From assembly GCA_028284955.1 (NCBI GenBank), contig JANQQS010000005.1, positions 1,946-65,945 of the forward strand: a DNA stretch of 64,000 nt, read 5' to 3'. The number at the start of each line of letters is the position of its first letter. The first letter of the stretch is position 1. A program made the position numbers and the translations under genes. Positions 25,192 to 35,717 of this stretch are shown piece after piece. Below the pieces are notes generated by a model, which saw only the letters and a program-made list of their open reading frames with translations, was not told where the DNA came from and did no database searches. This stretch comes from Myxococcota bacterium (GTDB taxonomy: Bacteria; Myxococcota_A; Polyangia; Polyangiales; Houyiibacteriaceae).

Positions 25192-26037
25192 CTACTTGGC
25201 GAGCGCCAGGTGTCGTTTGCCGCCAGAGCGCATCAGTTTCATGCGCCAATCGACGCCGATGAGTTCGCCATCCTCCATGGGCAGCCAGACGTTTTCTCCC
25301 TGGATCGTTTCGCTCGAAAAGATCAGGTGATTGACGTGTCCCGTGGTGGTGGGCGCTTCGCATTCGGGAGACAAGCTGGGGCAGGTGTCGCGGTCACCGC
25401 AGCGACTCTTGTAGGTCGACCAATAGAGTTCTTTGCCGCCTTCGGCGGCGACCATGGTGGTGCCGTCGGTCACGATCACCGTCAGCAACGCGCGCTCGGT
25501 TCCGTGATCACACACCGAGCGAACATCTTCGAGCGCACGCTGCAGCGCGGATGCGGTTTCCTCGACACCGATCGGGTTTGAGAGCGGGCCGTATTGCGAA
25601 AGGTGGGTCAGAAAGAGAAAGAAGATCGCTTCGCTGTCGGTATCGCCGAGCACGTAGCGACGCAGGCGAGGCGCGATGCGCTTCAGGACGGCGTCGCGAT
25701 GGCGGTCGAACTCGGGAATGTCGCCATTGTGGGCCATCACCCATTTGCCGTGTTGAAATGGATGGCAGTTCAGCACCGAGAGCTGGCCTTGGGTGGCCTT
25801 GCGGACATGCGCGAGCACGGTTTCGGACGCCACCACTCCGCTTACTCTCCGAAACAGCGCGCAGTTCAGCGCGGTGGTTGGGCTGCGGGTGATGTGCGGC
25901 GCGCCGTCGACATAAAACGCCACCCCCCAGCCGTCTGGGTGCTGGTTGCTTTGAATGCCGAGCGCATTGTCCGCATCCATGAGCGAACGGTGCACCTGGC
26001 TTTGAATCACGCTGCGGAAGCCGAAGAGACGGCACAT
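25192..26037 (-). CDS. Class II (Ntn) glutamine amidotransferase, YafJ-like
   Basis: MCRLFGF N-terminal nucleophile Cys. HPDGWGVAF and NCHPFQHGKWVMAHNGDI motifs. Confidence 0.85.
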   Translation of the reverse strand: MCRLFGFRSVIQSQVHRSLMDADNALGIQSNQHPDGWGVAFYVDGAPHITRSPTTALNCALFRRVSGVVASETVLAHVRKATQGQLSVLNCHPFQHGKWVMAHNGDIPEFDRHRDAVLKRIAPRLRRYVLGDTDSEAIFFLFLTHLSQYGPLSNPIGVEETASALQRALEDVRSVCDHGTERALLTVIVTDGTTMVAAEGGKELYWSTYKSRCGDRDTCPSLSPECEAPTTTGHVNHLIFSSETIQGENVWLPMEDGELIGVDWRMKLMRSGGKRHLALAK

Positions 26038-26066
26038 AGTTGATCAGTGTGGCACGATTTTCCCGG

Positions 26067-29000
26067 CTAGCGAATCGGCCGCGCCCGCTTGCGAAACCAA
26101 TCGCGGTATCGCGCCATGCGCGCGCGGTGGGCTTTGGGGGCATGGCGCTGGCAGGTAGCGTGTTCTTTGGTTCCGGGGCGCGCGCCCCAGCGCAGTTCGA
26201 CGCAGTCGCCGGGGTGATAGGCCATCTCCATGGCTTGTTGTCGGCCGACAAGCTCTTTGAGCGACAGCGTCTGTTGGCTTCCGTCAGAGCGCGTATACGC
26301 GAACGTCCGCGCGAGAAGCGCGCGGGAAAGCTCCGATTCGAGGCGCTTTTTGACGCGAGAGCGCTCTTTGGGGGGCACGTCGAAGCGCTGTGGGTGGCGG
26401 GCGACGTAGTCGGCGAATCGGGTGACCGCGTCCATGCTGATGAGCAATCGCATATCGCGCGACGGGGTCGAGTAATCTTCCCAAGGCCCGCTGGTTTGAA
26501 AGATGCCCGCGCCCTCTGGCATCTCGATCGGCTGGTAGTTGCGTGCGCGCATGAACGCCTCGCCGTTATCGACCGAGACCACGCGTCGCGCCACGTTTTC
26601 TTCGAGCGCATCCACGAGAGATCGCTGGCGAGCTTCCGGATCGAGCGGTCGAAGATTGATCAAACCTTCCATCGATTCGTAGAAATCGTCCGCGCTTCCT
26701 CGGTATTGCTGGCGCGACCAGGGTGAGAGCGCGGCTGAGCGCCTGAGCTCGGCATTGTCGGCTACGGAGATCGTTTGTTGCTTCCGGTCGTAGACAGCTG
26801 GTCGCCATGCCTTAAAACCCGCACCCACGTTGGCCGTCTCGGGAGTAAAGAGAAACGAGCCGCGCCAAAATCGTCGGCGCCCCACGGTTCCGTCGGGCTG
26901 CGCATCAGCGCCCATCAGTACGCCTGCGGCAATTCCCTGAGGTCGCCAGCGCGCGAGGATAAGCAAATGACCGTACGGATCGGCGAATACAGTGCCCGGC
27001 CGCAGCGCCGCGCGCGTGAGGGCCACGGGATACAAGTCGGTCTGCTCGTCGCTCGGGTGCGTCCGGCCGCTCGCCGAATGCACCGCGCTTTTGACGTCGC
27101 GAATAAACGCACGGAACGCGGCTACGTCATCGCTTGCATCATAGGGGTCGAGATTGGTATGCGGCGCGCCGCAGGATGGCGGGTCGCCGGGGCCGCCGCG
27201 CCCGCAGTTTCGATAAGCGAACGGCAATCGCAATTTCCATGCGACGTAGGCGCGCAAAAAGTACGGCAGGTCGGCGCAATCTGGTTTGAGGCGCAGCTCG
27301 CGGTCTTCGTTGAGGCCCAAATGATTGTGGAGCAGGTTGCGCTGCGGGTCGCGCAGCAGCGTTTGCAAATCGGGCCACGTTTCGTCGCCCTCTTCGGGAG
27401 CGAGGAAAAGCTGTTCGACAAATGTCGCGTAGAGGTTTTCGGTATCCCGCTCCCATGCCCACGTCGGCACCCACGCCGGGCCTGCTTCGGCGCGCGTGCC
27501 CTCCGCTTTGTAGGCGCGGCGTACCGCAAATCGTTCGCACGCGATCACGCGGGACCCTTCGCCCCACACCGCTGTCCAGATGCCATGTTTCTTCGGCCGA
27601 AAACGTGTCACCCGACCAAATGGAAGCGGGCCGAGATGCGTCTCGGGCAGCTGCCGCAGGGTGCCGTCTGGAGCGATCAGAGTGAGCACGCTCGCTTGGG
27701 GATCCTGTTCTGAAAGCGCGATGACGCGAACTGGCTGTCCTTTTACGGGGCGTCGCGGGGAATGAAAAATCGCTGCGTCCGTGGAGTCATCGCAGGCTAG
27801 CTTCGTTCGTCTCCGTTTGTTCGGCACAGATGATACAACCTCGGCCGACCAAGGAGCCGGCGGTCGCACCCTGCTGACCCCGCGAAGCTCATCGCCGACC
27901 GGACCTCCGAACACCGCGAGTTTGGTGATGCGCGCGAGAAAGCTTCCTCGAGATGAGCCTTCGCCCAACGTCAGATCACTCACCGCGACGCGATCGACGC
28001 GATGAAGCGTTTCAAACGCAGTGGGCGAATCGCTATGTTCGGAGTCATTTTGATCTACGGTGCTGGCCTGCTTTTTTGAAGCTTGAGGTTGCGACGCGCG
28101 GCTCTGGCATGGCGTCACGTATTCGCTAAACGAATGAATCGCCATCGGCGTTCCCTCGAGGGTGCGCCCCAAATACAGCATGATGTGGCCCGGAAAATGC
28201 AGTAGGACAATGCCGCGGCGCGCGGCAGCTTCGATGAGCGCGGCCTTTTCTAAATCGCTCTTGGCTTCTGAAACGTTCACGGTGAAGCTGCCGGCCTCGG
28301 CTTGGCGGCTGCTATGGCGAGGCGCGCGGATCGCGAACTTCGAGAGCACGTCGAGCAGGTACCGCGAACAGTCTCGGCCGCCTTCGTGACCGCCCCAACC
28401 GTAGGGCTCGTCGAGCAAACGAAATGCTTCTTTGAGGAGTGCTCGTCGAGTCAGCGGTCGATCAGCTCGCGGCACGCTTCGTTCGATTTCTTCGGTCGAC
28501 AAAGGATCGGATAGCTCGCTGTCGGCATCGATCCAGCCGAGCGCATACGGCGTGCGCACGAGTAGGAGGTCGTCGGTCCAGCGGCTGAGCACCTGCAGAG
28601 GTTCTTGTGCGCGAATGGTGCTGCAGTTATTGCGATCGAACGCGAGGTCGATCGGTTGCTTGTAGAGCCCTTCGAGTCGCGGCCCGCAGCGCAGGCGAAT
28701 CGGCTTCTGCGCTCGCTTGATCTCAGGACGAAGTGAGGGAAACGGTTTGCGCGCCGAAAGCGCCACGATGGCGTCGCGGTCGAGTTTGTCGCCGTCTTCG
28801 TCGACGTACGCGCCGCTACGTGCGTGCTGATTGATGAACGACAAGCGTCGCGTGACTTGCGCGCGGATGTCGTCCGGTCGAATCTCGTCACGAAAGTCGA
28901 TTTGTCCGCGAACGCGAGCGGGGCCACGCGGCGCGCGCTCTGGTTGAGCGAGTGCGGCGTTGTGGTCGTCGATGTCTTGGGGCGAGAGCAAAACCTCGTC

Positions 29001-29264
29001 GAGCGTTCCATATTGCTTTTGCTGCTTGAGCCAATAGGCGAGGGTGCGATGTTCCGCGCGCACGCCGGGCAAAGGGCGCGGCGCCTTCGCTTGCGCGGGG
29101 CAACTGTCTGGTCGTTCCTCGGAGGCTCCTTCGGCCGCGTGGTCGCGTTCGCTGGACGACGCGCCGCACGCCATCAGAGAAAGCGCCGCGACGCCGAAAA
29201 CGAGACCGATCGCATTGCCATCCTTGACGGGGAATACCCATGGCCACAGAGAGGTTCGCGACAT
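26067..29264 (-). CDS. Large secreted lipoprotein with an NlpC/P60 cysteine peptidase domain and a ~600-aa uncharacterised C-terminal region
   Basis: Lipobox LSLMACG. NlpC/P60 core YGWGGHEGGRDCSRYL ... HFPGHIMLYLG ... AIHS. Start taken at ATG 29264 (MSRTSLWPW...). Confidence 0.75.
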   Translation of the reverse strand: MSRTSLWPWVFPVKDGNAIGLVFGVAALSLMACGASSSERDHAAEGASEERPDSCPAQAKAPRPLPGVRAEHRTLAYWLKQQKQYGTLDEVLLSPQDIDDHNAALAQPERAPRGPARVRGQIDFRDEIRPDDIRAQVTRRLSFINQHARSGAYVDEDGDKLDRDAIVALSARKPFPSLRPEIKRAQKPIRLRCGPRLEGLYKQPIDLAFDRNNCSTIRAQEPLQVLSRWTDDLLLVRTPYALGWIDADSELSDPLSTEEIERSVPRADRPLTRRALLKEAFRLLDEPYGWGGHEGGRDCSRYLLDVLSKFAIRAPRHSSRQAEAGSFTVNVSEAKSDLEKAALIEAAARRGIVLLHFPGHIMLYLGRTLEGTPMAIHSFSEYVTPCQSRASQPQASKKQASTVDQNDSEHSDSPTAFETLHRVDRVAVSDLTLGEGSSRGSFLARITKLAVFGGPVGDELRGVSRVRPPAPWSAEVVSSVPNKRRRTKLACDDSTDAAIFHSPRRPVKGQPVRVIALSEQDPQASVLTLIAPDGTLRQLPETHLGPLPFGRVTRFRPKKHGIWTAVWGEGSRVIACERFAVRRAYKAEGTRAEAGPAWVPTWAWERDTENLYATFVEQLFLAPEEGDETWPDLQTLLRDPQRNLLHNHLGLNEDRELRLKPDCADLPYFLRAYVAWKLRLPFAYRNCGRGGPGDPPSCGAPHTNLDPYDASDDVAAFRAFIRDVKSAVHSASGRTHPSDEQTDLYPVALTRAALRPGTVFADPYGHLLILARWRPQGIAAGVLMGADAQPDGTVGRRRFWRGSFLFTPETANVGAGFKAWRPAVYDRKQQTISVADNAELRRSAALSPWSRQQYRGSADDFYESMEGLINLRPLDPEARQRSLVDALEENVARRVVSVDNGEAFMRARNYQPIEMPEGAGIFQTSGPWEDYSTPSRDMRLLISMDAVTRFADYVARHPQRFDVPPKERSRVKKRLESELSRALLARTFAYTRSDGSQQTLSLKELVGRQQAMEMAYHPGDCVELRWGARPGTKEHATCQRHAPKAHRARMARYRDWFRKRARPIR

Positions 29265-29361
29265 CCACTGATAATTTAGCCGGAAACTAGGCCTTCCGGG
29301 GACGCAAAAACGCCCCCGAAACTTACCCAACCGAGCGCTTCGGTGTTATGACGGTGCAGCC

Positions 29362-30060
29362 ATGCAAAAAGCGCTGACCTTGTATCAGACGTCCATCGGC
29401 AAAAAAGCCGTGATGGCCGCCTCGGGCGTCATTCTTCTCGGCTTCACGCTCGGGCATCTTTCGGGAAACCTCAAAGCCTATCAGGGGCCCCAAGCGCTCA
29501 ACGAATATGCGGCCTGGCTGCGATCTATGCCGTCGTTGCTCTGGGGAACGCGCGCCGCGCTCGTGTTCGCATTTGGCGCCCATGTCTTCTCGGCGTTTCA
29601 GCTGTGGTCACAGAATCGCGGCGCGCGGCCGGTGGGTTATCGCCGAAAGAAGAGCCTCGCGACCGATTACGCCGCGCGCACGATGTACTGGTCGGGGCCG
29701 ATCTTGTTGCTCTACGTGCTCTTTCATTTGGCGCATCTCACGTTTGGGCAGACGTTTGGGTTTTATGAGTTCGACAAAATGAACCCGTACAACAACATGG
29801 TGTACGGATTTCAGATCCCCGCGGTGCTGGTGCCCTATCTCCTCGGCAATATCGCCCTCGGTGTGCACCTATTCCACGGCATCTGGAGCATGTTTCAGTC
29901 GATCGGGATCAATCATCCGAAGTACAACATCTTTCGGCGCGACTTGGCGATTGGCCTCGCCACCTTGCTGACGCTTGGCAATCTATCGTTCCCAATCGCC
30001 GTGATGCTCGGTTACCTCGAACCCACCACCCAAACGTTCTACTTCCCAGAGCTTGAGTAG
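29362..30060 (+). CDS. sdhC: Succinate dehydrogenase/fumarate reductase cytochrome b subunit (b558 family)
   Basis: [37 protein letters not shown]. Five TM helices with conserved His residues. Sits upstream of sdhA and sdhB. Confidence 0.9.
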   Translation: MQKALTLYQTSIGKKAVMAASGVILLGFTLGHLSGNLKAYQGPQALNEYAAWLRSMPSLLWGTRAALVFAFGAHVFSAFQLWSQNRGARPVGYRRKKSLATDYAARTMYWSGPILLLYVLFHLAHLTFGQTFGFYEFDKMNPYNNMVYGFQIPAVLVPYLLGNIALGVHLFHGIWSMFQSIGINHPKYNIFRRDLAIGLATLLTLGNLSFPIAVMLGYLEPTTQTFYFPELE

Positions 30061-30065
30061 CCCTT

Positions 30066-32000
30066 ATGAACCTCGACGCCCGAGAACCTTCCGGTCCGAT
30101 CGAAGACCGATGGACGCAGCACAAAGCAAGCAGCAAACTCGTCGCGCCCGCGAACCGGCGCAAATATAAAGTGATCGTTGTCGGCACGGGCTTGGCCGGC
30201 GGCGCAGCGGCCGCGACGCTCGGCGAGCTCGGCTACAAAGTACAGTGCTTCTGCTTTCAAGACAGCCCTCGCCGCGCGCATAGCATCGCTGCACAGGGGG
30301 GAATCAACGCTGCCAAGAACTACCAGAACGATGGCGACAGCGTGTACCGCCTGTTTTACGACACCGTCAAAGGCGGGGATTTTCGTTCGCGCGAATCCAA
30401 TGTGTATCGACTTTCGGAGCTGAGCGTCAGCATCATCGACCAAGCGGTGGCGCAGGGCGTGCCGTTTGCGCGGGAGTACGGCGGATTGCTCGCCAATCGT
30501 TCGTTCGGCGGCGCGCAGGTTTCTCGAACTTTCTACGCCCGCGGACAAACCGGTCAGCAGCTATTGCTCGGAGCCTACTCGGCGCTCGCGCGGCAAATCG
30601 AAGCGGGCACCGTCGACATGCATCCGCGCACCGAAATGCTTGATCTGATCGTCGTAGACGGAAAAGCGCGCGGCATCGTCACCCGTCATTTGGTGACCGG
30701 CAAAGTGGAAGCGCACGTGGCCGACGTCGTGATCTTGTGCACGGGCGGATACGGGAACGTCTTTTTCCTTTCGACCAACGCGCAAGGCAGCAACTGCACG
30801 GCGGCGTGGCGGGCGCATCGTCGGGGCGCGCTCTTCGCCAACCCTTGCTACACCCAGATTCATCCGACCTGCATTCCCCAATCGGGCAGCTATCAAAGCA
30901 AGCTCACCCTGATGAGCGAATCGCTTCGCAACGACGGTCGAGTGTGGGTGCCGCGCAATGAAGAAGACGTCGGCAAAGACCCCACCAAGATTCCCGAGCA
31001 AGACCGCTACTACTATCTCGAAGAACGGTATCCTGCGTTCGGCAACTTGGTGCCTCGCGATGTGGCGTCGCGAAACGCCCTCTACGTGACCAACGACGGT
31101 CTCGGCATCGGGCCCGAGGTCGATGGTGAGCGGCGCGGCGTATACCTGGATTTCGCCGACGCGATCAATCGCCTGGGTGAGCAGACCATTCGCGAGCGCT
31201 ATGGCAACCTCTTCGAAATGTACGAACGAATCACCGGCGACAGCCCCTACCAAACCCCGATGCGTATTTACCCTGCGACGCACTACACCATGGGCGGGCT
31301 CTGGGTGGACTACAATCTGATGAGCACCATCGACGGGCTGTTCGTGGGCGGCGAGGCCAACTTTTCAGACCACGGCGCCAATCGACTCGGGGCTTCGGCG
31401 CTGATGCAGGGCTTGGCGGATGGCTACTTCGTATTGCCGTTCACGATCGGAAACTATCTTGGCACCGAACGCAATTTTGACGGTGTCAGCGAAGACCACC
31501 CCGACGTGCGCGCCGCCGTCGACGACGTCAACAGCCGGATTTCGTCGCTGCTTTCTGCGCCGAAGGCCAAACACGCGCCGCAATGGTTTCATCGCAAGCT
31601 CGGCTCGATTATCTGGCATCAATGCGGCATGTCGCGAAACGGGGAAGGGCTTTCCCAGGCCATCGACGACATTCGCGAGCTTCGCGAACAGTTTCATCGT
31701 GAGGTAAAAGTCACGGGTGGCGAGGGCGAGTTTAATCAAACGCTCGAGCGCGCTGGGCGGGTGGCTGATTTTATGGAGCTCGGCGAGCTGATGTGTCGCG
31801 ACGCGCTTGATCGAGCGGAAAGCTGCGGCGGCCACTTCCGCGAAGAACATCAAACCGAAGACGGCGAAGCCGCACGCCGCGACGACGAGTTTTCCTACGT
31901 TGCGGCCTGGGAGTTCAGCGGAGATCCCGCGCAGCCTACGCTCCACAAAGAGCCTCTCACTTTTGAATACGTCAAACCTGTTCAGCGAAGCTACAAATAA
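30066..32000 (+). CDS. sdhA: Succinate dehydrogenase flavoprotein subunit
   Basis: [17 protein letters not shown]-binding motif, [17 protein letters not shown]. Confidence 0.97.
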   Translation: MNLDAREPSGPIEDRWTQHKASSKLVAPANRRKYKVIVVGTGLAGGAAAATLGELGYKVQCFCFQDSPRRAHSIAAQGGINAAKNYQNDGDSVYRLFYDTVKGGDFRSRESNVYRLSELSVSIIDQAVAQGVPFAREYGGLLANRSFGGAQVSRTFYARGQTGQQLLLGAYSALARQIEAGTVDMHPRTEMLDLIVVDGKARGIVTRHLVTGKVEAHVADVVILCTGGYGNVFFLSTNAQGSNCTAAWRAHRRGALFANPCYTQIHPTCIPQSGSYQSKLTLMSESLRNDGRVWVPRNEEDVGKDPTKIPEQDRYYYLEERYPAFGNLVPRDVASRNALYVTNDGLGIGPEVDGERRGVYLDFADAINRLGEQTIRERYGNLFEMYERITGDSPYQTPMRIYPATHYTMGGLWVDYNLMSTIDGLFVGGEANFSDHGANRLGASALMQGLADGYFVLPFTIGNYLGTERNFDGVSEDHPDVRAAVDDVNSRISSLLSAPKAKHAPQWFHRKLGSIIWHQCGMSRNGEGLSQAIDDIRELREQFHREVKVTGGEGEFNQTLERAGRVADFMELGELMCRDALDRAESCGGHFREEHQTEDGEAARRDDEFSYVAAWEFSGDPAQPTLHKEPLTFEYVKPVQRSYK

Positions 32001-32041
32001 TCAGATTGCGACCGACTCCAAGACTCGGCGAGAATCACATC

Positions 32042-32815
32042 ATGTACCTCATCCTGCATATCTGGCGTCAACAAGGGCCTCGCGACAAAGGTCACTTCGA
32101 ACGGCACGAAGCGCGCGACGTGAGCGAGCATATGTCGTTTCTAGAAATGCTCGACGTGATCAACGAGCAACTGATCGAAGCAGGAAAAGACCCCATCGCA
32201 TTCGACCATGACTGTCGTGAGGGCATCTGCGGCATGTGCGGCATGGTCGTCAACGGGGAGGCCCACGGCCCGCAGCGGCAGACCACGACGTGCCAGCTTC
32301 ATATGCGCCAGTTTCAAAACGGCGACGAACTGTGGATCGAGCCTTGGCGCGCATCGGGCTTTCCCATCATCAAAGACCTCTCGGTCGACCGAAGCGCCTT
32401 CGATCGCATCATCCAAGCTGGAGGCTACGTCTCCATCCGTACCGGAAGCGCCCCCGACGCCAACGAAATCCCCATCCCCAAAGGCGTATCCGACCACGCG
32501 ATGGATGCCGCGGCGTGCATCGGCTGCGGCGCGTGCGTTGCCGCCTGTCCCAACGCTTCCGCGAGCCTCTTCGTGGCGGCCAAAGTTTCTCACCTCGGGC
32601 TCTTGCCCCAAGGCCAAGCCGAGCGCCCCGACCGAGTGCGCAAAATGGTCGCGCAGATGGACGCCGAGCAGTTCGGCGCGTGCACCAATCACGCCGAATG
32701 CGAAGCCGCCTGCCCCAAGGGCATCAGCATCAGCTTCATCGCCCGCATGAACCGCGACCATCTCAAATCGATGATTGCGTCGTCCGACGACGTCGAAGCG
32801 CGACCGGCCAAGTAG
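32042..32815 (+). CDS. sdhB: Succinate dehydrogenase iron-sulfur subunit
   Basis: [10 protein letters not shown] (2Fe-2S), [13 protein letters not shown] and [14 protein letters not shown] cluster motifs. ATG at 32042. Confidence 0.95.
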   Translation: MYLILHIWRQQGPRDKGHFERHEARDVSEHMSFLEMLDVINEQLIEAGKDPIAFDHDCREGICGMCGMVVNGEAHGPQRQTTTCQLHMRQFQNGDELWIEPWRASGFPIIKDLSVDRSAFDRIIQAGGYVSIRTGSAPDANEIPIPKGVSDHAMDAAACIGCGACVAACPNASASLFVAAKVSHLGLLPQGQAERPDRVRKMVAQMDAEQFGACTNHAECEAACPKGISISFIARMNRDHLKSMIASSDDVEARPAK

Positions 32816-33020
32816 CGCGGTCGCTTAGGCTCGCTGGGCAGGCCTTGTGCTGGGCAGGCCTTATGCGGAAGCAGATCGCATGAGATGCGCATTTTTCTTA
32901 TGAACGGGTCATTTTTCGTGTGGAGATGTGCAGCTGAACGTCGATGGAAGTCGCGACGAGTACTTTCGCGTCGAAGCACGAAGCCTCTCGTTCAGCGCAA
33001 GTGTTCACTGCTGTCGCGGT

Positions 33021-34085
33021 ATGCTAGGGCGTTCATCCTCTGATGGTGTGTTTGTGCAGAGGCCGGCTGTTTTCAACCTTTGTATTGTTTTTTTGTGTGT
33101 GTCCTGCACTCCCGATACGGGTGCGCGCGTTGAACCGCAAAACGAACTTAAACAAACCTCGATAAGCTGGCGTATCCCTCCCCCCCGCGAACAATGGGAG
33201 GCCTTGTTTACGGGTTACGATCTGAAGGCGCTTCGCGGTTCCTTGGCTCTAACCGAAATACCAGAGTTGCAGAAGAGCTACCTCCACGTCTCTCAAGAAC
33301 ACCAGCTGGGTGTTTCAACACGCAGTATCGGGAAATGGGAGAAAACGCGCGACCAACCCATCTCCGGCGCTTATGGGTGCAATCTTAGCGGACACAAACA
33401 AGTCTATAACCGCCTCGTGCAAGCTCAGATTTCGAACAAGGCTACCGAAATTCTGCTCGACATCCCCTTTCGTGCCTCCTCAGGCCGCCGGCGAAGAACG
33501 TTTTCCCCAGAGGATATCAACGACCTTCGACTCTTTTTTGAGAGCCAGGATTGCGAGGGGCAGCGACCTGATCACCGCATTCGCCATCGTCTGAGTGGCC
33601 CCGCGACCGCAATTAATCTCGGAAAGCTTCTCGCTTCGGTGGACTATGACACGGCCCAAGCCGAGCGATTCACCTACGTCGATGTGCCGAAACGAGTAGT
33701 CGGGAAGTGGTTTGAGCGTTCTCCCACGTTTCGCGCCAGCTACATTCAAGCCATCGCGCGCGCACATTTGATTCGTCGGACACTTCTCGAATCCATCGCA
33801 GAAAGCGCACCAGAAGACCGCGACGAGGCAAAAGAAACTGCTCGAACCACGATGTCGATCATCATGTGGGATGTCGCGTGTACCTCGGATAGCTACCGGG
33901 AGAATCCCGAGCGAATCCTCCTAGATGTTCAGCAGGCGTATCCGAAAATGCTTCGTTACGCTGCGAAGTGGCACATAGCGGATCGCGAGTCAAAAGCCGA
34001 CGATCCTTCCCACTATCTCAATCGTTTTCGTGGCTGGCAATGGGATGATGATGAGTGGGACTATACGAAATGGGCTTCGAAGTAG
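33021..34085 (+). CDS. Hypothetical protein (orphan; possible lipoprotein) containing an XRE-HTH-like segment
   Basis: N-terminus ...AVFNLCIVFLCVSCT. The internal LGVSTRSIGKWEKTRDQP resembles an XRE helix-turn-helix. Otherwise no recognisable domain. Confidence 0.5.
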   Translation: MLGRSSSDGVFVQRPAVFNLCIVFLCVSCTPDTGARVEPQNELKQTSISWRIPPPREQWEALFTGYDLKALRGSLALTEIPELQKSYLHVSQEHQLGVSTRSIGKWEKTRDQPISGAYGCNLSGHKQVYNRLVQAQISNKATEILLDIPFRASSGRRRRTFSPEDINDLRLFFESQDCEGQRPDHRIRHRLSGPATAINLGKLLASVDYDTAQAERFTYVDVPKRVVGKWFERSPTFRASYIQAIARAHLIRRTLLESIAESAPEDRDEAKETARTTMSIIMWDVACTSDSYRENPERILLDVQQAYPKMLRYAAKWHIADRESKADDPSHYLNRFRGWQWDDDEWDYTKWASK

Positions 34086-34123
34086 CGTTTATTTCCTCGT
34101 TCTGATCCATGAACCTTGCCGAT

Positions 34124-34501
34124 TTAGATCTCGATTGATCGCAATCGCGGGTCAAGGCGGGCGAGGTCGTTTGGGTCGCTGGTGATGACGCTGGCGCCGA
34201 GCGAGCGTGCGAGGAGGGCGACGTGGGCGTCGACGACATCCGTCGTTTTTGATGCCGCGAGAAGCGATCCGACGGAGTAAGCGAGCCGTTCGGTCAGAGG
34301 ATGCACGCGTGCCGCGCGTGTTTTGACGAGCCGCGCGATCGGGTGTTGTTTGCTTGTTCCTCGCCACACTTGCGCGAGCACTCCTGCCGGGACGTGTGCC
34401 GCAGAGCGACCGTGAACCAATGCCTCCAACAATGCGAGCATTCTGCGGTTGCGTTTTTCGAGAACAATAAGCGCTCCTGCATCAAGCGCCTCAGGCCTCA
34501 T
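34124..34501 (-). CDS. vapC: PIN-domain toxin (VapC family)
   Basis: Acidic PIN residues in LDAGALIVLE, DVVDAHVALLA and ITSDPNDL. 4-bp ATGA overlap with the upstream antitoxin gene. Confidence 0.8.
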   Translation of the reverse strand: MRPEALDAGALIVLEKRNRRMLALLEALVHGRSAAHVPAGVLAQVWRGTSKQHPIARLVKTRAARVHPLTERLAYSVGSLLAASKTTDVVDAHVALLARSLGASVITSDPNDLARLDPRLRSIEI

Positions 34502-34743
34502 GCGGCGTCGATATCCGGGTCGCTTTCGAGCATTGAGTGCGCCCAGGCCCGGTCTGCATCCGTTCGACCACCTGCCTCGTCAATCAAATCGTCGATGATC
34601 TGTTTCGCATCCGCCCAATCGGGCTCCCGGACGGCGAGTTGAGCGAAGTATGCCGACACCGACTCCGCGTGCCCCGCGTGGGTCGCTTTCAAGGCCTTCT
34701 CTGCAATTTCCTCGGGCACGCTGATGGTGATTCGCTTCAGCAT
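34498..34743 (-). CDS. vapB: Ribbon-helix-helix antitoxin (VapB/CopG-like)
   Basis: MLKRITISVPEEIAEKALKA is an RHH N-terminus; acidic C-terminal tail. Translationally coupled to vapC. Confidence 0.7.
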   Translation of the reverse strand: MLKRITISVPEEIAEKALKATHAGHAESVSAYFAQLAVREPDWADAKQIIDDLIDEAGGRTDADRAWAHSMLESDPDIDAA

Positions 34744-34810
34744 CTCTACTTCATATTACGCGCATAAAAAATGTGCGAGCGGCTCGGCAAATCAGATTTG
34801 TCCTTGGTGG

Positions 34811-34886
34811 GCGAGGCGTCTCGCCGAAGTTTGCGTTGGTGCTTGAGCGAGTACTCGGAACGACAGCTGAGACGTGGGTACGGATG
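34811..34886 (+). pseudogene. Isolated higA-like (XRE antitoxin) 3' fragment
   Basis: 76 bp, about 89% identical (8 mismatches by my count) to 35848-35923. It encodes RGVSPKFALVLERVLGTTAETWVRM with no upstream HTH helices. Confidence 0.55.
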
Positions 34887-34976
34887 CTCCGATTGCTTTC
34901 CGCTGTTTTCGCTCATGCAATCGCTCGTTTTGGCGCGTTGTTTTATCCCTTGTCCATCTTCTGCCAGATAACCCGG

Positions 34977-35717
34977 ATGGTGGTGCGCGGGTTGATTTGT
35001 AACCTCATCTTTCCCTCTGTTGCGACGCTGGCAGCGGGCCAAGCAGAGAATCAGCCGACGTCTGGCTCGCAGGGAAACAAATCGCTCGATCTATCTACGT
35101 ACCGAACGTACTCTTGCGACCAAGTTTTCGAAAATGGGCTAGACGCGGCGGTAAAAGAGCTAAAGGTCGCATTGCGACCGGAGCCGGGCAGCCCGGGCTA
35201 CGCGGATATAAACACAAGCAAGTTTCTCCAGCGCTGGCTGGACGAGATCCCGCAACCTCAAGGCAAAGTGGAAGCCCGACAAGCGCAGTCGGAGCTCGAG
35301 CAATGGAGCGGATGCACAGTGTTGGCGGTTTCGGAGGCAATGCAAGAATACCCATGGAAACCGAGTAGTTTGTCTGTACCTGTTTGGTTTGAAACCTATG
35401 ACGCTTCAGGACTGCACGATGATGATCCTGGAAGTTTTCTTATTTTTGCTGCGTTGAAGGGTTACGGACCCGGCATCCCGAGGAGTCGCAACGACGTCAA
35501 GTGGCCGATCGAAGGGCGGACTAGCGTGATGAGCGGAGAGAATCGCGTTCCACTACCTCCCAAGGGGAACCCTGCCGGAAACGCGTATCGACCGGGTCCA
35601 ACCGAGCACTTAGGTAGAGCGTCGATGTATTTCGGCAAGAGTTGGGCGCTCCCTTGTGAACCACGGTTGGGGGTTCGCATCATATTGTGGGCGGAGAGAG
35701 ATCGCAGCGGCTTCTGA
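34977..35717 (+). CDS. Hypothetical secreted protein (orphan)
   Basis: MVVRGLICNLIFPSVATLAAGQAE signal-like N-terminus. No recognisable domain. Bracketed by the two higA-like fragments. Confidence 0.45.
   Translation: MVVRGLICNLIFPSVATLAAGQAENQPTSGSQGNKSLDLSTYRTYSCDQVFENGLDAAVKELKVALRPEPGSPGYADINTSKFLQRWLDEIPQPQGKVEARQAQSELEQWSGCTVLAVSEAMQEYPWKPSSLSVPVWFETYDASGLHDDDPGSFLIFAALKGYGPGIPRSRNDVKWPIEGRTSVMSGENRVPLPPKGNPAGNAYRPGPTEHLGRASMYFGKSWALPCEPRLGVRIILWAERDRSGF

Noticed and set aside
32834-32865. CTGGGCAGGCCTT(G/A)TG x2 after sdhB as a sigma-54 promoter (TGGGCA...GTGC).
   Set aside because: It does not fit TGGCAC-N5-TTGC: the -24 element is wrong and there is no TTGC. It is better explained as another 16-bp tandem duplication.
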